A DNA stretch of 64,000 nt. Origin: Eledone cirrhosa. Its lineage: Eukaryota. The notes under the pieces are model-generated. The model ran no database searches. It saw only the letters and a program-made list of their open reading frames with translations, and had not been told where the DNA came from. The position numbers and the translations under genes were made by a program. Location of the stretch: positions 349,928,001 to 349,992,000 of the forward strand of contig OZ024743.1 of the NCBI GenBank assembly GCA_964016885.1. Direction: 5' to 3'. The number at the start of each line of letters is the position of its first letter. The stretch's first letter is position 1. Of the stretch, positions 54,233 through 64,000 are shown one piece after another.

Positions 54233-55427
54233 TAAATTATATAATTTTCTAGACCACTAAGAAAGTGTTAAAAATGATGTGAGTGTGGAGGGGAAGTTTG
54301 AGGAATGACTTAATTATTAGCTTCAACAGATAAATACATTTTAAGGAAGCATTACTCAATTATCTTACTTTAGAAAAATGAAAATTTTACAAGATTTCTT
54401 TTTAATATTTCACGTTCTTTTCATCTTTAAAAATAGTTAGCATCCTCTGAGTGTTTGTAATTTATAGCAGATGGTATTCCGATAAATATTGCTTGAAACT
54501 TCTCATCAGATACATTAACGTTTATTTTTATTTACTGGTTTTTAAGCCGTAATTTTCAATTAGAAATTCAACTATATATCAAAAGGTTTATATGCAATAT
54601 TACCAAAAACTAAAGTAATTGCGTTGATAATTCTTGTAAAAAAATAATTTTAGTGCACAGTTAATATATTTTACTTTGAAACATTTCTCTGGGGGAAATA
54701 AATGTATTTCCCTGCATATTTTCTTTTATTAATGATAAATCGTTTTATCAATATTTATCTTGAATCACTAAGTGAGTGAAGCGGGAGAAGCCGGGGGGGG
54801 GGGGGGGGGGGGTGATAATGTAAACACTATATAAATGCTTCTCCATATGTTCCAGATTCTTCTGGATTAACTTTGCCTTTCATTCCCGAGGAGCCAGTGT
54901 TGTTGATATATGTGCCTATCGATTCAGTTGAAACATGCAAAGGTTTTAGTTTCTCGAAAAAGAAAACACTGTGATTAATGATGTTCCATCCGCCAACCAA
55001 CTTCTACCGTTTTATTTTATTGAGTAGTACATCTATCAACACTTTGTACAATGTGCCCTTCCATTTTTCTTTTTAAGATGTGATCCGATGTAAATTTGGA
55101 TACCATTCCTAGCAGGTACTCTAGCCATATAGATGTTTCGTCTTTTGCTCATCATTTATCAGTGCTCTCTAAATGTACATGGTATATATGAATATGATAA
55201 ATGTGTTAAAGCGGCATGTATTGGTAATGAAATAGTTTCAAAGAAATCATACAATTACAAAAGCAGTTTAGACAAAAATAAAAATAAAAATGATGTACAA
55301 CTTAATATTAATAAATGAATGTGTAGCAAGCTACTTGCCTTTGGCGTATTTATAAACTATTCGTGCGTGATTTGGCTAAGTCAGACCAATTGTTGCTTGG
55401 ACTTTGAAAGGAAAAGACATTATTATG

Positions 55428-55620
55428 TAGGTGGATTGGCAGTATCGGTAGAGGGTCGGACGCCATGCTTTGCAGCACAGTTATGTCCCTTTACGGACTG
55501 AGTTCAAATCCCACCGAGGTTAACTTTGCCTTTCATCCTTACGGGGTCGATAAAATAAAGTACCAGTAATACACTGGGATAATTGCTGGCATTGTGCCTA
55601 AAGTAGAAACAATTATTATG
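55428..55620 (+). mobile_element. SINE, full length
   Basis: Family head, B-box, core and tail. Confidence 0.85.
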
Positions 55621-57364
55621 TAACGGTGAGATCTTCACTTTGGCCTTCGCTCTTCTTAGGCCTGACACAACGCCACTTCTTAACTCTTGATTTGTTTGTT
55701 CTTTTGTTTGGCATACCAGCTCAATAAAAACATGTAAGAATGTTATCGAAGTCTTTACGACTAATTCCACAAACATTCACTTCTCTCACACTTAACAAAC
55801 CGTTACATTAAAACTAAACCTTTAACTGCTATACTTTAGCCTAACAAAAACCATACCTTTCCTGCTACAACAAAAATACATATTATTATTATAGCTATAA
55901 ATATTATTATTTTTCTGCTAAAAATGAAAAATCCATATTCAAATGTAAATAAATGTAAAAACTGTATGAAACATGTCATATAAAGATATATTTTGGAAAT
56001 TAAACACAGTTTTTTTTTCAAGACTCAACCAGCATGAACAAATGGTTAAGAGGTTCGCTTCGCAATCTTAAGTTTGCTTTGCGTGGAATATTGGGCAGGC
56101 ATAATTTTCCTAAGCATCGGGTCCTCCCATACAATGTGAGGGAAATTGCGGTGACGGAAGCTATTTCGCATAAACATTTCATTAGCAATACATACATGGA
56201 AGATTTATTTCGTTGCTATTATTATTTTATATTTATATATTAAATATAAGCACGATATACCATGAAACACACGAAGAAATGCTGTATCAGCCTGTAATCA
56301 TTTAGCATGTATTTCTAGAATGGAAAATTGTTCAGCAGAATTGAATTTATATATAGCAGTATATCGCACACATTCGCAAACATGGAAACTAATTGGCTTA
56401 CTTGTAGTATCAAATTAGCAGCATTTGACATTTTGCGATTGATGTTTTCAAAACCATGGTTATTATGTCAATATTGTAATGGTAATCTGTAGAAATAATC
56501 AAACATTAACAATTCGCTAAAATGTAGCTCCTGGAATTATTCTGGGTGATCAAACAGAATGCAAATGAAGTAATTAATATGATTAAAATGTTACGTTAAA
56601 TGGAATGCAAAATGCAATTAACGCAGCAAATTTTATTTCAAGTTATTTTTTTCAGATGATATCCTGAGCTGTGTCATGTAATTGTTTTCACAATTGCATA
56701 GTATTATTTCAAGAGACATCAAGCATGTAGAATTATTCACGGCTCACGGAGCTTGGTTCTGTGAAAAGATAGTTATTGTTATTCTGATAGTTTTATTTGC
56801 TTTATGAATATCAGTGCAGATCATGTATCTTGTGTTTTGTAGTATCATGTGCATCAGTTCTTTATTGTAGTGAAAAATTCAACAAAAACACTTAATTATC
56901 TCAACATAGTAGGATGCTGCAAGAGTGGAGCGAGAATGAATTAAATCAAACCTAAGAGGAAGATATATGATATATATATTATTTAATACTCTGTAAGATA
57001 ATAATTTCGACTTCGGTTAGGAAAAATGAGTATTTTGTTTTCTCCAAAGGTAGGGTGTACCGTCAATTACATCAACTCCAACTTCTTTTTTTAGTACATT
57101 AATTCTTTAAATATTTAATGAGATATGAACTGACTTTGTAAAGAGCATGCACTCCCACAAGTACGCACACACGCTCGCAAGTGTTTGTGTGTTTTTGTAA
57201 TGTAAGTGTATTTTATGTAATTGATATTTTATACAAAGTAAATTATTTTTCTCCCTCACATGTATTGCATTTATTTTTCATGTAATTTATTTTATTAAGT
57301 ACAATTTTTATACCGAACGTAGATTTAGACGTTCTAACTGATGTCATTGTTATTTATTGTTTAG

Positions 57365-57565
57365 GTTTTAAGGACATTGGAGAGTACCAACGAGAAAAGT
57401 ACTATGAGTTTCCTCAATGGATTGAGGTCTTGTCAGACAGATTGTTGCGAGAAATCAAGCCTCTGTACGTTGAACTTCACACCTATGTTCGTTATAAACT
57501 TTCTCAATTTTATGGACCGGTGGTCATGAAAAGTTCTCTCTCTACCATTCCAGCCCACCTCTTAG
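57365..57565 (+). CDS. ACE: ACE-like peptidase exon
   Basis: GFKDIGEYQRE...EIKPLYVELHTYVRYKL...IPAHLLG. tttag|...|gtaag, phase 1 to 1. Confidence 0.95.
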
Positions 57566-58081
57566 GTAAGCTGAATATTTGTAGATGTTGGAATGTTGAC
57601 AATATAATGTTTTTCTTTCGATTTACCATATAAAGAATTTATTGTCACTGAGTGGGCCCAATTTAATCCTTTTCGACCTTATTTACACCTGACAATATGA
57701 CTAATTGACAGTTAAAGCATCGGATTAATTTCTTTCCAGTATTTGATCCGGCTCCCTGCGCGCTGCGTTCAAATCCCGTTGAGGTCAACTTAAAATATCA
57801 TACATTTGGGATCAATAAATAAATCACTACTCAACTGCAGTGGGTTGGCCGTGTTGTTTGTAAGTTGCATGTGATGTATTGTGGAATCTGTTCCTGTTCT
57901 TTACAGTCCAAATTTAAATTTCGTCTCCTGCCATCGGAAAAATGGGGACTAGATAAATTAATCCCCACTCCGCCCATCACTAAAACACTAAAATTTTGTC
58001 CAATGAGATGCAACCTCAAGGGAGATGGGCTAAACCTACACAGGTGTAAACAGTAACAACAATTATGCCTCACAAAGTAAT

Positions 58082-58501
58082 TTGGGGGAGGGGAAAGTCG
58101 AGTAAATCGACCCCAGCACATTACTGGTGCTTTATTTTATCGAACCCCGTAAGGATGAAAAACAAAGTTAACCTCGGTGGGATTTGAAGTCAAATCATAA
58201 AGGGTTGTAACTTTATGTCACAAACCATGGTGTCCGACTCTCTACCGATACTGCGAATCCACCGCCCTTATGCCTCACAAAATAATGGTTTCTTATATAG
58301 GCACAAGGCCAGCAATTGGGGGGGGGGGCGAGTCGATTAAATCGACCCCAGCGCATGCCTTGTACTTTATTTTATCGAACCCTTAAGGATGAAAGGTAAA
58401 GTTAACCTCGGCGGCATTTGAACTCACATCATAAAGGGCCGTAACTCTATGCTGCAAAGCATGGTGTCCGACTCTCGACCGATACTGCTAATCCACCGCC
58501 C
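58082..58501 (-). mobile_element. Two tandem SINE copies
   Basis: Reverse-complement SINEs at 58082-58267 and 58287-58501, separated and flanked by ttatgcctcacaaa(a/g)taat. Confidence 0.85.
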
Positions 58502-58989
58502 TTATGCCTCACAAAATAATAAAAATATAATAACTTTCGGAATTCGATAAGCATAAGATTGCACTTCAAATCCTTAATTATATGTTGAACTAGAGAAAAG
58601 TGTTGCAATTCTAATATGTAATATGATCAAAAGTAATTACAGATGATTATATTTATTTACATTTTAACACCAAACATATTGAAAGTATATAAATAGTTTC
58701 TAAAATGATTGATTTAAAGGAATGCTGCACTTCAGATTTTTCTTTACGTTAAATACATCAAAATAAATAGTCACAAAATATAATTTTTTTATAAATACAA
58801 AATCTATTTTAATTGCGTTTAAGTGAAGTAACAGTGAGTGCACACTTTATAAATCTTAAAGGTTTCTTAATAATTGACGAAGTATGGATCAAGAAAAATT
58901 ACATGCCAAGAAAGCACTGATCATCAATGATCATCACTATTGCCATGAAGATGCCGACAACGACAGCGATGATGTCGACGACAATGACG

Positions 58990-59725
58990 AATGGCTAATT
59001 ATGCACCAACAGGAGCAGAACGGCCAGATTATTTCAAGCGACTGGAAACCTTCCTAGGAACTTCCCGCTCTTTAATGTTAGTGGGCAGTTGGAACGGGAT
59101 CTTGGATGCACGCTGGGATTGTGTGGGACAAGAGAATAGGAGAGGATGGTGTAAAAGCCTTGCAAACCTGCTCATACATTTCCAACTGTCTGACAGGTAA
59201 CGACTGGATTTCCCGAATGTGCCAATGTGCACATGGACAAACCGCATCGGGTCATCCAGATCGTATTTAGATAGAGTAGTTTGTAAGTATGTAGATAGTT
59301 CTAGCATAGGTGGTCCACAATTCAAGATAGTTGACTTCACAGACCACAAATTCGTGATCTGTGTGGTTGACTTAGGATTGGCCCTCAACCAATTCTCCAA
59401 CGCAAACCACGAAGGCTACGTTGTCAGAGCTAGGGCGCTTGCTTTCAGACTCGTGGGGTCGAAAGCCGTTCGATGGGCCCGAGGTGCAGAGGCGCATGGT
59501 GGCAACAAAGCCACGATCCGCTCTTAGGAGGACCAAGATGGACGCATGTTATTCGACTCGGGAAAATGTGTGCGGCTTTTCAACGGCACTTCGCTCAAAT
59601 GTTCGGGGGAAGCGGTGGGTCGGATCGCAGCATGGACTTCAGCGCCTACCGCGATGGTCTGCCCCGGCTCTCACCCACTGAGGCGGAGTGTTGCGAAAAG
59701 CCGATAATATCCGCATCCAATGTTT
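58990..59725 (+). mobile_element. Tx1/L1-like LINE APE endonuclease fragment
   Basis: YAPT..ERPDYFKRLETFL...VGSWNGILD (GDWN), WTN...SYLDRV and TDHK (SDH) motifs. Confidence 0.7.
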
Positions 59726-59787
59726 TCGTCCTGTACTCTCATAATGTTTTTTCTTGACGTGGACTCCCTGTGGTTAATAATAGAAAT

Positions 59788-60420
59788 CATTCTTCTTCTT
59801 CTTCTTCTTCTTCTTCTTCTTCTTCTTCTTCTTCTTCTTCTTCTTCTTCTTCTGCAAGATCCCCTTCCAGCCGGTCTTCTCTGAAGCAACCATTTACAAT
59901 TAATCCGGCAGGATTCTCAGTCGTGCGCACATTGCTCTTCTTCAACCATCTCCTGCCGGTTGGTTTTGCCCGTGAAAGTTGCCGAGCGATTCTTTCCTAA
60001 GACATTCTACCCTCATGTTCGGAGTATGGGCGCTGTGATCTCTCAATTCAGAAAAGTAGCGGCCCTACCTTGAGTGACTATCTGATCTCCGAGCCACGCA
60101 CTCTATTAAGTAGCGTTACTGCATTGACCCTTTGGAGGAACCCCATTTAGGCCGCTTATATTCGGTCTTTATCCAAGATTCATGATCATAGGTAGGAGGT
60201 GGCACGAATAACGAATTAAAGAGAGCGGGTTTGGCTTTTACTCCTACATCCCTTCTGTTGACCGAATGTCGAAGCTGATACATTTTTGCACCAGCTTCTG
60301 CACTTCTTGCACTTAACTCAGCCTTATGTCTTCACTCATTCAAGAACGCGGTCCCGAGATACTTGAAATAGTGGAACCCCAGTCACGGGTAAAGTGCGCT
60401 GCACAGGCTTCCTTGGGGGA
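59788..60420 (-). mobile_element. Degenerate RTE-like LINE 3' fragment with (AAG)n tail
   Basis: (TTC)n at 59789-59852 followed by GC-richer sequence with a minus-strand FKYLG motif near 60352-60368. Confidence 0.5.
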
Positions 60421-60510
60421 ACAAGTGTCTATATTATACTGACTGAAAGTTTGCGAAATATTATTATAATATTATATTAAAAATGTATAAATGATATTGT
60501 ATATACACAG

Positions 60511-60775
60511 GTGATATGTGGGCTCAAGCTTGGGGCAATATCTTCCCGATTGTTCGACCATTTCCTTCTAATACGAAAGAAGGTTTCGATACAATAATCG
60601 ATAAAAAATCATTGACTCCAACAGAACTTCAAAAAGCAGCTGAACATTTTTATACCTCGATCGGTCTTAGTCCTATGATGCCAGCCTTCTGGAGAAATTC
60701 TGTTTTCAAAAATCAAAATACTGCAATGGACTGTCATCCTAAAGCATTTGACTTCCATGGGAAAAGAGATTTCAG
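60511..60775 (+). CDS. ACE: ACE-like peptidase exon
   Basis: GDMWAQAWGNIFPIVRPFP...AEHFYTSIGLSPM..AFWRNS...DCHPKAFDFHGKRDFR. cag|...|gtaat, phase 1 in, phase 2 out. Confidence 0.95.
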
Positions 60776-60944
60776 GTAATATAACATAGTAGATATCAAA
60801 TGATTGTGTTGTTGTTGCTGCTACTGTAGCTGCTGTTGTTGTGTATTTAGTTTTGTGTTGACTGTTTAAAACGAGTATAGATTGGAGGAGGTTTAGCTAA
60901 GAAAAATCGTGTTCTTTCGAATAGCATCTCTCCTTGCGAGATAT

Positions 60945-61012
60945 TTACCACCTCATCCTCCTAATCATCATCATCAATAGCACCATTAATGTTACTCTCT
61001 TCGTCATCATCC

Positions 61013-61094
<82 letters not shown>

Positions 61095-61185
61095 CATCAA
61101 CATCATCATCATTATCATCAACAATATCATCATTAACTTCATCACCAGCAACAGCTTCCACATCATCATAATCATCATCATCATT
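60945..61185. repeat. (CAT)n trinucleotide tract
   Basis: Seen directly; intronic. Confidence 0.95.
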
Positions 61186-62950
61186 GTCTATCACATTTTT
61201 ATAAATTCAACATTTGGGAATATGAAAGCTACAATCAAGTTCAATCAGTTACTGGTTCCCATCTGCTAATGACGTATGTTGCATTATTTAGTGATTAATT
61301 TAAGTTACATTTATTTTCAGTGTTTCTATTGCAAATGACTTTTGTGCAGTTAAGTTATGCGGGGACTAGAATGCCTACAACTATCCCCCAACTTTAGTAC
61401 TAGGACTACTATCTTTCATCAGCAGATGTTTATGTTTTTTGTTGCTATTCTTTTTGCTGTTATTGTTTTGCTACTGTTGTAGTTATGATGATTATCCTCA
61501 AGCCAGGCTGGCTGTTCCGACTGTGGCAAGTCTTTCATCTTTTCAGACAGAGAGTATCTAGATCGGATTTTCCAATTTGAGGAAAATATTGGCTGCTATT
61601 TTGCTCTAATCAAATGACTACATTCCGATACGAAGAATCTTCCTTTGTTGGTTCATTTTATCTGAGAAATGGCAATGCATTGGATTCAATAATCTTATCA
61701 ACAATTCTAATTCATAGCAGCAATTTTATCATCGAATAACATTGTGGAGATGGAATGGATCTGGATTCCACTTTAAAATTCCTTGTCATTGACAGCTATA
61801 TATCACAAAATATAGTAATTTATCGGTCAATGGTAGTTGATATAGTCGTTACTGTTATTGCCTATAATTCTCCTATAATGAAATTGGTTTAAGGTTCTTA
61901 CAACCTGGCGTCCCATAATCGTTGTTTTTAGCGGTGATTGATTGAGATATCAAATGATTTAACAGTAACTGCAAGAATAATTGTGAATTATGAAGGTGTC
62001 CTAATTGGAAGGAGATTGAGTGACCGTTAGATGTAAGAAGACTGAATAGCTATTAGCTGAGAGAAAACTGAATGATGATGAGGTATATGGGCTGTTTGAT
62101 TTGTCACCAGATCAAATACCCATACATCAATCGATTATTTCTTTTTTAATTATAGGTGCTCATGATTTCTTTCGGGGCCTCTGAAACAAATGAGAACAAG
62201 AAAAATATATTCAAACCAGAGACATGGTCCGAATACTTGCAACAGTGTTGGCTTCGATTAAGGTACTCAAGAGCCAGTTAGTGGTGTTAAATCGAGCAAT
62301 AAATTATGTCTACCACTTAGCCAGATAAATAACGTAAATCATTTCGACCAACACTCTAAGAATACCACTAATCCACCATATTTGACCGGTATTTTATTAT
62401 TTTGACATCGAGTAAATGGAAGACGGCTTTTGCCTTTCGGAAGAAAGATCGCATTATGTCCGATGCTCTAGCGACTCCACCAATACATCGCTTAATTAAC
62501 AGGTTAAGTTATGATACCCCCTCGATCCACACTGCGTTACATAATACGCGTTGTTTGTGTCTGTTGTTTTCCTCTTAATAGTTACAAGTGTACTGTGAAC
62601 TTTATAATGAATATGTTACCTTCCAATCCAAAGGAAAGCTCATATCTCAGTTTATAAAAGGCACAGATATCGAATTAAGCGACATTTTATCACCTTTAAT
62701 CTGTCACTGGGTTTAATATCACCACCTGGACTTTGGGTGACTTTGGAGACCTCAAATCAGTTGCACACATAAGGCTCAGCTATCTGTTTTAAGGATATCT
62801 TCCTCCATACAAACACTCTCGGAACAACTGTGAAAGGACTTGGGTACTGTTTCGTTTAGTCCATAATTTTAGACAAGCAATAATTAACTCCACACCTTTC
62901 ATAATTATGGATTTTGATATTTTTATTTCCCTTTTTGTATTTCTTACCAG

Positions 62951-63180
62951 AGTTAAAATGTGTACCAATGCAATGGCGACCATATATGATTGGAATGTTG
63001 CCCACCATGAAATGGGACACTTAGAGTACTATATGTCATACAAGCACCAACCGGATGTCTATAGAAATCCAGCCAACCCAGCTATTGACGAAGCTGTTGG
63101 TGACACTCTTGCTATGCTTTCAAGCGCTCATACACAATTCTATCACTACTTTGGGAACAGTTCAGACAAACAGAGATACG
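62951..63180 (+). CDS. ACE: ACE-like peptidase catalytic exon
   Basis: RVKMCT...AHHEMGHLEYYMSYKHQPDVYRNPANPAIDEAVGD. HEXXH at 63006-63020 and the third-ligand Glu at 63090. cag|...|gtaaa. Confidence 0.96.
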
Positions 63181-63305
63181 GTAAATGGTCTTTTGTTTTT
63201 AGACGTCCACGCGTATCCCGAAAAACACACAAACACACAAACATTGACAAGACACACGCACACACGCACACCCACACATGCACAGAGACACACACACGCA
63301 CGCGT

Positions 63306-63342
<37 letters not shown>

Positions 63343-63352
63343 TATACATATG

Positions 63353-63530
63353 GATAAGAGGAAAGCACAAACGAGGGACATTTCCCTTCATCAGTTGTCT
63401 GTTGGAGATTACGGACATTTCTACGCATTAAAGACAATATGTTTATCTCCAGTGCCTCAATAACTATAGGAAGTTATTGGGGGAAAATGAGAGAGAAAGA
63501 GTATAAGAGTAGCCGGTTTTGACTTGCCTC

Positions 63531-63590
<60 letters not shown>

Positions 63591-63819
63591 GTTGCTTACA
63601 TACATGTGCTTTTCGTGTTTCCCTTTTCGGTATTTTCTCCGCATTTTCCTCCTTTTTCCCTTCTGTTATATTTTTCTCTCTCTCCTTTTTCCCCAATAAC
63701 TTCCTATAGATATTGACGCACTGCAGCTAGACATATTGTCTTTAAGGCGTAGAAATTTCCATAATCTCTAGCAGAAAACAGATGATGGGAAATGTCCTCC
63801 GTTTGTGCTTTCCTCTTAT
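63353..63819. repeat. Diverged inverted repeat with a partial hammerhead core
   Basis: 63353-63508 mirrors 63665-63819. The left arm reverse complement has CTGATGA-aGGGA[AATG]TCCC. Confidence 0.8.
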
Positions 63820-63866
63820 TTCTAAATACCCTTTATCCAGTAACCACATAGCTCCCTGTTTCTTCT

Positions 63867-63898
<32 letters not shown>

Positions 63899-63911
63899 AC
63901 ACACACACACG

Positions 63912-63963
<52 letters not shown>

Positions 63964-64000
63964 CACATATACACACACACGCACGCACACATATACACAC

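Noticed and set aside
60934-61269. Poly-Ile, poly-Met, poly-Asp and poly-Ser ORFs
   Set aside because: Frames of an intronic (CAT)n tract. The poly-Ser/Arg ORFs at 59671-60000 likewise come from (TTC)n.

Overview
AT-rich, microsatellite-dense animal genomic DNA. The SINE family and repeat landscape suggest an octopus/coleoid cephalopod (inference). One host gene is supported: a + strand angiotensin-converting-enzyme-like (M2 family) zinc peptidase with six phase-compatible exons (about 40781-63180) and an intact HEMGH...E zinc motif. Its start-codon exon was not found and it continues past the window. The rest is mostly decayed transposons: two Helitrons (one with both termini, 34026-40040), a non-autonomous Helitron, two Penelope-like elements (PLE; RT + C-terminal GIY-YIG) with inverted termini, R4/Dong, CRE, RTE and Tx1/L1 LINE fragments, and many SINEs. 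The most striking pattern is about 20 full, partial or degenerate minimal type-I hammerhead ribozyme motifs from several sequence families. Most sit in short fold-back palindromes lodged in (TA)n tracts, and several fold-back points lie in or next to the ribozyme. One such palindrome carries an intact-looking U3-A8 variant hammerhead about 130 nt upstream of the first visible ACE exon. All calls were made by eye, without searches or folding software.
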